DNA from: Octopus bimaculoides
Taxonomy: Eukaryota
NCBI RefSeq assembly: GCF_001194135.2
Contig: NC_068986.1
Location: 76,369,602 to 76,433,601 of the forward strand
Direction: 5' to 3'
Length of the DNA: 64,000 bases
This document shows positions 11,497-22,699 of the stretch, piece by piece (within the stretch, counting starts at the first letter, position 1; each line of letters starts with the position of its first letter). The notes beneath the pieces are model-generated. The model was not told where the DNA came from, made no database searches, and saw only the letters and a program-made list of their open reading frames with translations. A program made the position numbers and the translations under genes.

Positions 11497-12847
11497 GTGT
11501 GAGAAAATGGTTAAGCAATAGTTAATTTAGATACGATAGGAAATAGAGAATGAAGTGGAGGAATGAAAATAGATGCGAGATATATGCAGGGATATTGCAT
11601 CTGTAGATCCATTATTTAGGCAGAATGGTATACACATGATTCCAGTACCTTACTCACAAAGTACTGGAATCTTTACTGGAGCTTAACTATAGTCTGTCCA
11701 TAGCACTTACTCAGCATTACCTGACACCTTTCGGTCTTATTGACACACCATTACCTCTCATAACCTCTATAATGCAATGAATATATATTTGTGTACAGGT
11801 ATAAAGCAGACTTTCCAGACACTGATGGTCCAAAACTTCATATAGACCGCACTAATTTATGAATGATCCACAGAGAAAATGCTGTGGATTGCTGGAGGTG
11901 TGTAGCATATGTGGAGGCACATGGCTTAGTGGGTAGGGTGTTGGACCCATGATCGTAAGACCCTGGTTTTGATTCCTGGACCAGGCGATGTGTTGTGTTC
12001 TTGAGCAAAACACTTCACTTCACATCACCCCATTCCTCTCAGTTGTAGAAATGTGTACCACTAGTGGAGGCATGTTGCCTAATGGTTAGGTTGTTGGATT
12101 CATGACCATAAGATTGTGGTTTCGATCCCTTGACTGGGCAATTCATTGTGTTCTTGAGCAAAACAGCTCATTTCACGTTGCTCCAGTCTAATCAGCTGTA
12201 GAAATGAGTTTAGCCTGTGGAGGGATGGGCTATGCCAAGCTTTCTCACCCTAGATATGCTGCATGGCTGCAGTGCCCCATCGATCCCCAAAGGGTTAAAG
12301 GACTTGTCAATTTATGAGTAGGAATTCAAATTGCCACAGCCACCAGACTAATTTGTTGGTTGGCCCTGTTTCACAGTACCTTGCATAGTACAATATTAAC
12401 AAACTTGTATCAATTATATTAATTTACAGAAACCTATATTTCATGTAGCTATTTGAGTAAATCTAATATTTTTCTACCTTAATGGTGGCTACCTCTGGTT
12501 TGGAAACATCAGTAATCTGAAAAGGCTTATCGATGTTATTCCTGTAAATATTTATATGTACATTATAATATACATATATAATATCGATATATTAGTTTCA
12601 TATTTTGATACAAGGCCAGCAATTTCGGGGGTGGAATGAAGTCAACTACATCAACCCCAGTGCTTAATAGGTACTTATTTTATTGACCCTGGAAAGGTGA
12701 AAGGTAAAGCGAACCTTGGTAGGATTTGAACTCTGAATGTAATGGTGGATAATGTGGTTATATTAGCACTAGATATTGTTTAAGTTCGGCTAAATATAAT
12801 CAATCTGGCTGCTTTTGAAGTGATATGTACATTGGTTAGTCAACTAA

Positions 12848-12852
<5 letters not shown>

Positions 12853-12892
<40 letters not shown>
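12853..12892. repeat. (GT)n microsatellite
   Basis: Seen directly. Confidence 0.95.
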
Positions 12893-12895
<3 letters not shown>

Positions 12896-13078
12896 CATGC
12901 ACATGCGCACACATGTCATTTAAAAAAAATATTTTGTGCTTATTCTGTTTGTTGTTTTTCTCTTAAGGTAGCCAAAGTTTTTCTAAATGTTTTTGTTGAA
13001 ACAAATATTTAATATATTGACAATGTTTGGAGTTTTTGTTCTTTATTTTTCTGACAATAAAATAAATTGCAACTGTAA

Positions 13079-13524
13079 ATTAATAATAATAATAATTCTT
13101 TCTACTTTAGGCACAAGGCCTGAAATTTGGTGGGAGGGGACTAGTTGATTACATCAACCCCAGTGTTTCACTGGTACTTAATTTATTGACCCCAAAAGGA
13201 TGAAAGGCAAAGTTGACCTTGGCGGAATTTTGAACTCAGAATGTAGCAACAGGTGAACTATTGCTAAGCATTTCATCCTGCATGCTAACGATTCTGACAG
13301 CTCACCGCCTTAATAATGATAATACTCCTTTCTACTAAAGGCACAAAGCCCGCAATTTGGGGTAAGGGGACTGGTCGATTAAATCAACCCTAGTGTTTTA
13401 CTGGTACTTAATTTATGAAAGGCAAAGTTGACCTCGGCAGAATTTGAACTCGGAATGTAGTGACAGACGAAATGCCACTTAGCACTTTGCCCGGTGTGCT
13501 AACAACTCTCCTAGCTCACCGCCT
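13079..13524 (-). mobile_element. Two head-to-tail tRNA-derived SINE family B copies
   Basis: Each has gaaaggcaaagttgacct.ggc.gaattt..gaactc.gaa...ctcaccgcct and a (TAA)n tail on the + strand. A further copy lies at ~12605-12745. Confidence 0.85.
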
Positions 13525-14704
13525 AAGTAACAACAACAACAATAATAATAATAATAATAGTTAGCATTTATAACTATTTGGTTAAGAAAGTTTAGTTTGC
13601 AGCTATTTGTCTTCAAGTTCAATCTCACTGCACAACACCTAGGACTGACCAGAGCATTGTGAGTGAAATCTAGCAGGTGTAAACTGTGCAGAAACCTGTG
13701 GAATAATGTGTATGTAAGTGCATAGTGCTGTGGAAAAGCAGAACCAAGTATGTTGGATGAAAATGCTTAGTCTTTGTGGTATTTGGCTTCATCTCAGTTA
13801 TGTCCTTTCAAATGCCTATTTGGCTATGCTTTTCATCATCCTCCAAGGCTGATAAAGTAAGTACCCAAGTACTGGTCAGTACAATTAATTAAATGCCCCT
13901 TGAAGGTAGTGCTCCAGCATGGCAACAATCCAGTACACTATGTATTCCTTTCCTATATTATATTAGTACAGATTCCTTTATCACAGGCATCTTTGTTAAA
14001 GCCAGGCACCTTGTCAATTGTGAAAGAATTGGTGGCTGGAAACTATGTATGTTTTCTATTATTTTGATAGGCAAAAGTTACAATATGACTCAAGGGTCGA
14101 GTGTTTCACGTATATCACTTAGCTGTGCATAAAACTTTTGGCCTTTGAGTCACTTTGTGATTTCTGCTGTTGAAAATAATGAAGTACATTTACTCATGTA
14201 TTAAGTTCTATTTATCCAGTTCTACCAAATATAGAAGTGTGCATTTGTGTGTTTGTTTATATTTGTGCTGTGTAGAAGCTACAAACTATGGTTGCTGGTG
14301 TTTCTGTCACTTCTCCTACCAACAAATCATTTCCTTGCTATACATGAAGAATAAATCCTTCATTTGTTTTTTTAATTATAATTGCTATAACAATATTGCC
14401 ATCACAGTGAAAATCAGTGTCAGTTAGACTAGTGGGTGAAAGTGACAAAGAAGTGAATTTAAGTTTAAAATGGAGACAAGAAAAAGAATAGGATGTGATT
14501 GCAGTGAATGAGAGTTGGGAAGAGTAACATAGCAAGAGCTCTGTGTGTTGCACCAAGATGGCATTCAAAATGAAAATAAAAGCAACTTTTATTTTTTTCT
14601 TATTAAACTATATCAGTATATCAAAATTGGAATTTTAAGGTTTTGCTATAATTTTAGATTGAACCAAAAGATTTTGTAAAGTCTTGGTTACATGTATTGA
14701 TACA

Positions 14705-15978
14705 TCAGGTCATCCCATAAGTTCTGTCCGATTTTACCTTTTTTAAAATTGAATGAAATTTAATAGTATTTTAGAATGTCTAATGGAATTAAAAATTATT
14801 TTTATGCATTTGTGTACATTTAAACTAATTAAATATTATTTTACAGAATAATAGAATTACAATTTCTTTGATTAAAACCCTTTCTAATATGGAAGTATCC
14901 AAAGAGCATTTAAGGCACAAAATGCTTTATGAGTACAAAAAAGGAAACTCTGCAGCCGAAGCGACTTGAAACATACATTCAGTTTATGGGTAAGAATGCT
15001 TGAATTAAAGAACTTGCAGAAGATGGTTTGCAAAATTCAGAAGTGGAGATTTTAGCCTTGAAGATGAAGATTGAACAGGACATCCATTTGAATTTGATGA
15101 TAAGCTGCTTGAGGCATTACTTGAAGAAAATCCTGCATTATCAGTTAAAGAATNNNNNNNNNNNNNNNNNNNNNNNNNNNNNNNNNNNNNNNNNNNNNNN
15201 NNNNNNNNNNNNNNNNNNNNNNNNNNNNNNNNNNNNNNNNNNNNNNNNNNNNNNNNNNNNNNNNNNNNNNNNNNNNNNNNNNNNNNNNNNNNNNNNNNNN
15301 NNNNNNNNNNNNNNNNNNNNNNNNNNNNNNNNNNNNNNATAGACTTGTGGCTGGTGACGAAAAATGGATCTTCTATTGAAATGTTAAATGTTGTAAGCAG
15401 TCGCTTGGTAAAAGGGAAAAAGCTCAACCACAACCGAGAAGGGAACTTCTATCTGGTGGGATTGCAAAGGAGTAATTCACTTTGAATTGTTACCACCTAA
15501 TGCAACAATCAATGCTCAAGTCTACTGTCAGCAATTAGAATGTTTGAACTAAGCTTAAGAAGAAAAAAACCCGCTTTAGTGAATCAAAAAGTAGTGATGT
15601 TTCATCAGGACAATGTGTGACCCCACACTGCAAAGATCACATCACAGAAGATCGGGGAGCTTGGATGGGAAAAAATTCCTCATCCACCTTATTCTCCCGA
15701 CCTTGCTCCTTCAGACTACCATTTGTTTTGTAGTTTACAGAATCATTTGGGGACATAACTTTTGCAAGCCAGGAGGAGGTCGAAACTGAAATTTCAGAGC
15801 TCTTCTGTTTGAAACCAAAGAGTTTTACATTGATGGGATTAACAAGCTTGTAAATAGATGGAAGGAAGTCATAGATAATCAGGGAAAGTACATTGATGAT
15901 TAAATTTCAATTAAATATAACATTTGATCACTTGTTTTCTTTATTCAAAATTCGGACAGAACTTATGGGATGACCTGA
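14705..15978 (+). mobile_element. mariner (DD34D) transposon, near full length, inactivated
   Basis: Perfect 27-bp TIRs tcaggtcatcccataagttctgtccga (14705-14731 and 15952-15978), flanked by CA (mutated TA) and TA. Transposase remnant 14889-15903 has HLRHKMLYEYKKGNSAAEA, GDEKWIFY, FHQDN and YSPDLAPSDYHLF, with in-frame stops, a deletion and an N-gap. Confidence 0.95.
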
Positions 15979-16449
15979 TATTTATTGTGCAACCATTACA
16001 TATAAGATGGTATTTATTTGTAGAAGTTGCCAGTTGTACCTCACCCCACCCCATCCCCTACTTTTCAACACCTCAACAGCTGTATTAATTTTCTCCTTAA
16101 ACACAGAACCAAAAGTTATATGTAAGGTTTAGTTCCCTTAAGAAAATTCTCTTCCTACTAATTATAGACACTCTCTATCTTCATTCACCAAGCCAACAGT
16201 TGGCTTTGGATAAGACTTTTCTTTCTTGTACACATTGATAATGCTTTTTATTACAAAAAAAAAGGGCCTAGAATTCTAGAATTTCAATTTCAGTTATTTT
16301 TATTCACATATGTGAGAAAAACTACAAAATGCCAGAGCTAGTAAAAGATGACCATTAAAACCTGTATTCATAGTTCATACTATGTTATAATTTAATTAGG
16401 AAGGAATGCAATGGCCAAGTGCCAAAAATTGGTTCATGGACATCAAGTT

Positions 16450-17251
16450 TAATAATAATAATGAAGGTTTCAAAATTTGGCGCAATGCCAGCAATTTTAA
16501 GTTAGAGGCTAAATTGATTACATCACCCCCATTGTTCCACTGGTACTTATTTTATCAACCCCAAAAGATAAAAGTTAAAGTTGATCTCGACAGAATTTGA
16601 ACTCAGAACATAAGGAGCTAGAAGAAATGTCACTAAGCATTTTGTCCTATTCAACAATGGTTCTGCCAGATAATGATAATTCTTTCTAATTTTGGCCATT
16701 ACTGGACTAGTACTCGTTTAATCAACCCCAAAAGAATAAAAGGCAAAGTTAACCTTGGTGGGATTTGAAATAGTTCTTTGAAATCATGATGATTATTATT
16801 ATTATTATTATTTCTTTCTACAATAGGCACAAGGCCTGATTGATGGGAAAGGAATTAGTCAATTACATTGACCATAGTACTTGACTGGTACTTATTTTAT
16901 TGACCCCAAGAGGATGAAAGGCAAAGTTGATCCTTGCAGGATTTGAACTCAGAACATAAAGATGGACAAAATGCTTAGTGGCATTTTTTTCCGACATGCT
17001 AATGATACTGCCACTTTGCCACCTTAAAAATAATAATCTTTTCTACTCTGGGCACAAGACCCAAAATTTTGGTGGGGAGGGATTTAGTTGATTGCGTCAA
17101 CTCCTAATGCTTGACAATTACAAATTTCATCAACCCCAAAAAATGAAAGGCAAAGTCGACCTTGGCAGCATTTGAACTCAGAACGTAAAGACAGATGAAA
17201 TGCTGCTGAGCATTTTGTCTGGCATGTTAACGATTATGCTTGCTTACCACC

Positions 17252-17287
<36 letters not shown>

Positions 17288-17498
17288 GTTTCAAATTTTG
17301 GCACAAGGCCAACAAGTTTTGGGGAGGAGGCTAGTTGATTACATCGACCTTGGTGCTTAATTGGTACTTATTTTATCAACCTCAAAAGGATGGAAGGTAA
17401 AGTCCACATTGGCAGAATTTGAACTCAGGACATAAAGACAGATGAAATGCCACTGTGCATTTTGTTTGGCATGCTAATGATTCTGCCAGCATAGTGCC

Positions 17499-17500
<2 letters not shown>
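16450..17500 (-). mobile_element. Cluster of about five head-to-tail SINE family B copies separated by TAA/ATT repeats
   Basis: The aaaggcaaagt...gatttgaactcagaac motif recurs at roughly 16570, 16740, 16915, 17145 and 17395, all in the same orientation. Confidence 0.85.
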
Positions 17501-17533
<33 letters not shown>

Positions 17534-17534
<1 letters not shown>

Positions 17535-17612
17535 GGCTCACCATCCCTACAGGAAGTGCAAAAAATCTTGTTAACTGGAACAACTCGTACTGAGAAGAGC
17601 ATTATTGCTGTG
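17534..17612 (+). mobile_element. Short 3' fragment of an R4/RLE-type non-LTR element
   Basis: PSLQEVQKILLTGTTR...RRAL resembles the RLE-domain C-terminus. It begins directly after a (TAA)n run. Confidence 0.45.
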
Positions 17613-17802
17613 AAAACAACATCCATTCATGAATTTATTTATTTATTAATTTTTTTTTAAATACATATTTTACCTGTGAATTTGCGTGTGTAAACTGGGA
17701 ATGCATACAATGAGCTTCTCTGCCCTAGGTGTATGGAAAACACTCGGTGAGAAATGGAAGAAAATTTGAAGGAAGAAAAAAAAAAGATAATAATAATAAT
17801 AA

Positions 17803-18533
17803 AGAGGATGCAAAACAAAAAAAATACAATCTCTTAAAATTTGAAATTGCAAGAATTTGGAGTATGAAAACTGTAAAGGTCGTGCCTGTAATAATTGGTG
17901 TGTTATGGACTGTAAGTAAAGATATTGACAAATGGTTGAAGGAGATTGGAATAGAATGTCCTGTAGAGCTCCTACTAAAAGTTTGCCTCTTAGGGACAGT
18001 AAAAATTATCAGGAGGGTTTTAAGTATTTGAAAGACTATTGAAAGCTTGTGGATATCTAAGGTTATAGGTAATAATCTGTTGTTGTTGTTGGCACTCCGT
18101 CGCTTACGACGTCAAGGGTTCCAGTTGATCCGATCAACGGAACAGCCTGCTCGTGAAATTAACATGCAAGTGGTTGAGCACTCCACAGACACGTGTACCC
18201 TTAACGTAGTTCTCGGGGATATTCAGCGTGACACAGTGTGACAAGGCTGACCCTTTGAATTACAGGCACAACAGAAAAAGGAAGTAAGAGTGAGAGAAAG
18301 TTGTGGTGAAAGAGTACAGCAGGGTTCGCCACCATCCCCTGCCGGAGCCTCGTGGAGCTTTAGGTGTTTTCACTCAATAAACAGTCACAACGCCCGGTCT
18401 GGGAATCGAAACCGCGATCCTATGATTGCAAGTCCGCTGCCCTAAACACTGGGCCATTGCGCCTCTACTAGGTAATAATCTACTACCCACATAAATCCTG
18501 CTTGGAATAAGAACAAACCTGAGCCAAATCATC

Positions 18534-18572
<39 letters not shown>

Positions 18573-18573
18573 C
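17803..18573 (+). mobile_element. 5'-truncated R4/Dong-like (restriction-like endonuclease) non-LTR retrotransposon, interrupted by a SINE
   Basis: KKYNLLKFEIARIWSMKTVKVVPVIIGVLWTVSKDIDKWLKEIGIECPVELLLKVCLLGTVKIIRRVLSI* matches the RLE C-terminus. (TAA)n lies immediately 5' (17788-17802) and forms the 3' tail (~18535-18573). Confidence 0.8.
18079..18468 (-). mobile_element. Young tRNA-derived SINE family E, full length, (CAA)n tail
   Basis: 13-bp TSD taggtaataatct at 18066-18078 and 18469-18481. A and B boxes are on the minus strand. Nearly identical to 25438-25803. Confidence 0.95.
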
Positions 18574-18899
18574 AAAATATAATAATCAGTAATGTATAAT
18601 TTTGTTGCTACCATTTCTTTAATAATCTTTTATTATTATTATTCCCAATCCAAATTTCTCACTTTTTTGATTTTTATGTATAACCCATGCCTCACTGTCT
18701 TTCAGTTATTTTCATTTTTGTTTTTAGTTTGAGCTGCAGCTAAAGAAACAAACACATCTTCATTTTGAGTCTGAATTATGTATTTCATTGAAGCTAATCT
18801 TGAATTTTCAAATTTTGTGGTTAACCTGTCATTTTATTTTTTTCTTTCATTTTCATCTCCAATGTCAATGTCCTCATAATTAAAGTGTATTCATTTCAG

Positions 18900-19050
18900 G
18901 CTCTCTTACGCAAACAGAGAAACTGTTGTATTGAGATTGAAATCCAGCCAGTATACCTTATACCAGATACCAACTGCTTCATTGATCATCTGCTTGGTTT
19001 ACAGAAACTAATTTTCAGTGAAAATTACACTATCTCTGTTCCACTAATTG
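18900..19050 (+). CDS. SMG6: SMG6 coding exon, start of PIN domain, phase 0-1
   Basis: tcatttcag|GCT...ATTG|gtgagt. Encodes ALLRKQRNCCIEIEIQPVYLIPDTNCFIDHLLGLQKLIFSENYTISVPLI, including the first catalytic Asp (PDTN). 151 nt. Confidence 0.95.
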
Positions 19051-19624
19051 GTGAGTATGTGCTGTACCGTTACAGCCAGTTGTTACATAAATACTAGTTG
19101 TTTATTTACTGTAAAATTAAACAACCAATGAATTTGATTAAAAGTGCCTTCCCTTTCCTTCTGAAATCTGAAATTTAAAACATGAATGAAGATGAAATAT
19201 ATAGCTTAACAGCACAATTTAATTCGTTAGAGCACAAAACTAGTTTCGCTTTATGAATGTACTTGTTTGTTTTACATTTGTCCCGTGTTCATCATCATCA
19301 GTGTTTTACATTCACTTATCTATGCTGATATGGGTTGGACAATTTTTCTGAGGCAATGTTTTATGGCCACACAGCTTGCCTGTTGCTAGCTTTTTAATCA
19401 CCTGTTTGAACATGCAAGGAACCCAGTGTACATGCAACATATTCTCTATACTGTAATTAAAGGTGATCTTTCAGTGAATTTGATCTCTTGTAAAAGTGAT
19501 CCTAACTAAATGGATTAGTCTTTAACATATGTAATGTTATAGTTTTTATGCTATTGTTTATAATGAGATATTTGCTGTACTGATCTACCCTAACACTGCT
19601 AGAATGTTTTACTATTGGTCATAG

Positions 19625-20500
19625 GCACTGGCGTGGCTGTGGTAAAAAGTGTGCTTCCCAACCACATGGTTCTGGGTTCAGTACCAACTGCATGGCATGA
19701 CACCTTGGGCAAGCATCCTCTACTATAGCCATAGGTCAACTAAAGCTTTGTGAGTGGATTTGGTAGACAGAAAATGAAAGAAGTCCATTGTGTGTGAATG
19801 TTTCATTTATAAATTTTTATGCACCATGTGCTCTGTTTTTGGCGCAAAACAAAACCAGTTGCACACTCAGAGACTAACATGAACAGTCACGGATTTAAAC
19901 TGGTGGTCCACACTGACGAGGCTCAGAGTTAAATACCCAAAAGCCGAAACCTGGTTTGTGGATATCCCTAATTGCATAATATTTTTATTTGTGCTGTTAA
20001 ATGTTTTAATTCTTTCTGTTTCCCTCGCATACTGTTTTTCTCTGTTATATTGGTGCGCTACGGTGGATTAATTTAAGACTTAGCTCTTATTTCTAGCAGG
20101 TAGATGCTTATTAAGCATCATTACGCTTCGTGCAAATTTATAATTCATAGCTGTTTAAAGCTATTATANNNNNNNNNNNNNNNNNNNNNNNNNNNNNNNN
20201 NNNNNNNNNNNNNNNNNNNNNNNNNNNNNNNNNNNNNNNNNNNNNNNNNNNNNNNNNNNNNNNNNNNNNNNNNNNNNNNNNNNNNNNNNNNNNNNNNNNN
20301 NNNNNNNNNNNNNNNNNNNNNNNNNNNNNNNNNNNNNNNNNNNNNATATGTATATATACACACACAATGTGTGTGTATGTGTATCTATCTTGACAACCAG
20401 TGTTGGGTTGTTAATGTCCCCATAACTTAGCAGTTCAGCAAAAGTGACCAATAGAATAAGTACCAGTCTTTAAAAAAAAGTACTGGAGTCAATTTATTTG
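19625..20500 (+). mobile_element. SINE family C split at its central microsatellite by a hammerhead-bearing insert and an N-gap
   Basis: 5' half at ~19625-19795 (gcgtggctgtggtaaaaagtgtgcttcccaaccacatgg...) and 3' half at ~20350-20500 (cttgacaaccagtgttggg...gaataagtaccag). Confidence 0.65.
19907..19962 (+). ncRNA. Minimal type I hammerhead ribozyme with consensus core (Penelope-like origin likely)
   Basis: TCCACA CTGACGA GGCT [18 nt] AGCC GAAA C CTG GTT^ TGTGGA: 6-bp stem I, 4-bp stem II with the G10.1-C11.1 pair, CUGANGA and GAAA core, GUU cleavage triplet, minimal near-palindromic stem III. Confidence 0.8.
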
Positions 20501-20720
20501 TGACTAAACCTTCAGTCACAAGTGAAACAAGTGAAAAATAAAAGATAAAAATAGGAGGCTCTTGACTTGCTACTATAATTGTTGTGTGTACTATTAATAA
20601 TTTATGGATTCATCAATATGTTATACTTCCACTAAAACACTGAAGATGCACATCTTTAATGGTGTCTTGGCTGTGAATTCTTTCTTTTTCTTGAAGCAAC
20701 ATATAAATGTTCATTATTAA

Positions 20721-20865
20721 CCCTTTAGCACTTAAACTGGCCATAACTGGCCCAGACATTCTACCCATTTTATGTTCAAACTGGCCAGATCCAACCTCTC
20801 ATACTTATCCTACAATATCATTGTGAAAATAAACAATCACATCATTGATTAATTCAAAACAAGGG
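20721..20865 (+). mobile_element. piggyBac-like MITE family G, internally deleted
   Basis: TTAA|CCCTTTAGCA...AAGGG|TTAA (TTAA at 20717-20720 and 20866-20869). Confidence 0.8.
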
Positions 20866-21016
20866 TTAAGCATTATGATGTTTTATTTTAAAATCTGTTT
20901 TCCCCTCGTTACTTAGAAAAGATAGTTGTGTTTGTGACTATGTTTGTTTGTTTGTTCACAGAAAAAGAAACCTATGTTACCAGCTGAAGTGGAAGTCTCC
21001 TTCAAACTTCTTTCCT

Positions 21017-21054
<38 letters not shown>

Positions 21055-21378
21055 CATCCATCCAGTTAGTTGCACTGCATCACACTTTGGGCAAGTGTCT
21101 TTTATTATAGCCCTGGGCTGGCCAAAACTTTGTGAGTATATTTGGTAGACACCAACGATGTTATCCAAGAGAAGGGCAAAGGCTGATAGAACTTGGCACC
21201 AGTGATGTCAGAACTCATTCCTACAGCTGAGTAAACTTGGGCAACATGAAATAAAATGTCTTTCTCAAGAACACAACACATAGCCCAGTCAAGGAATCAA
21301 ACTCACTACTTCATGATTGCAAGCCTGATTGCTCTAACCACTAAGCCATGCACCTTCAAGTGTGTTTGTATATAAATA

Positions 21379-22245
21379 CAGGGTGCGATGGGTAAATTGT
21401 TGCCATTTTATGTTTTTAATTTTGCGCATTGTTTGTTTTTGATTTTGTCATCTACACAGTATAGTAGGGTCAGTTGAGCACTGTCTGTGAGAAAAACAGT
21501 ACCATGATGCAATTCACTCTGCCAGAAATTTAGAAACAACATACTGTATTGCTTGGCATTCGCGCCAGAAGCTCCAATATGAATATTTCAGAGTGTTATG
21601 TACCGAGAGTGATAAAAATCAAACATCCAGTCAACATCATGGTGTTTGAAGTGATCACTAGTGATGGTGACGTTATGTCTCTGTTCTTCTTCCCCATGGC
21701 TTCAGACTCAACATAAGGCCTACTTCAAGTGCCTGGAGGAATTAGTGCTGCCCTGGGTCAAGAGGGTTTTCGCAGAAGGTGGAAAATGATGAACACTGCT
21801 CTGGGTCAAGACGGTGGCTTCTGAAAGACCCTATGTCTGGCAACAGGACTCTGCACCATGCCACACAAGAGAACCCAGTCATGACTATCAGACAATTTTT
21901 GCAACCACATCACTCCTAACATTTGCCTACATAACTCCCCAGACTGCAACCCCCTTGATTATTATGTGTGGGGCGCAGTTGAGCAAGAGACCAACAAAAC
22001 TCCTTGTAACACCAAAGATGAACTGAAGGCAAGGATTATGGTAGCATTCACCAACTTAAACAAGAGGCTGTCCAAAAGAGTTGCAGGAAATTTCGAAGTT
22101 GTCTGGTGGCCATGGTTGAACCCAATGGCAATTTTATTGAATATATTTACTCTTTAGCATTTCAAGATATTTTTATGTAATTTTGGTAAATACACCTGTT
22201 AAAATTTTTGCGTAATTTAGATGACAATATATTCACTGCACCGTG
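21379..22245 (+). mobile_element. Tc1/mariner-superfamily element of maT (DD37D) type, degenerate
   Basis: TA|CAGGGTGCGATGGGTAAATTGT left end and a degenerate inverted right end. Transposase motifs KHPVNIMVF, YVWQQDSAPCHT and NSPDCNPLDYYVWGAVE occur in shifted frames. Confidence 0.85.
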
Positions 22246-22345
22246 TGTATATATGTATATATGTATATGATAAATAATGATGATTATAATGACAGTGTTA
22301 TAATTGTGTGTGTCTCACCTTTTGTTTTCTTTATTTTCATTGCAG

Positions 22346-22557
22346 TAATTAATGAGTTGGATGGCTTAGTCCGTGGTAACTTAGAAGGACATTATGAATC
22401 AATTGAACACAGTGACATGGTGAAGGAAAATGCAAGGTTGGCCATGACATTTCTTGAGCAGCAATTTGAACAGAAAAACCCCCATCTAAGAGCTCAAACA
22501 ACTAAAGGCACCATGCTTCAAACAATTCTCTATCGTAGTGAAGCTACTGACACTAAG
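22346..22557 (+). CDS. SMG6: SMG6 coding exon, PIN domain, phase 1-0
   Basis: tttcattgcag|TA ATT...AAG|gtaaat. Encodes (V)INELDGLVRG...ENARLAMTFLEQQFEQKNPHLRAQTTKGTMLQTILYRSEATDTK. 212 nt. Confidence 0.95.
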
Positions 22558-22699
22558 GTAAATTTCATTTTTGTATTTTGTAACTAGTTTCACTTATTGG
22601 ACTGTGGCCATGCTGGGGCACTACCTTCAAGGCTTTTTAGTTGATAGCATCAAACTCCACTACATATCTTATCATTCTATATTTTATTGAAGTAGTAAG

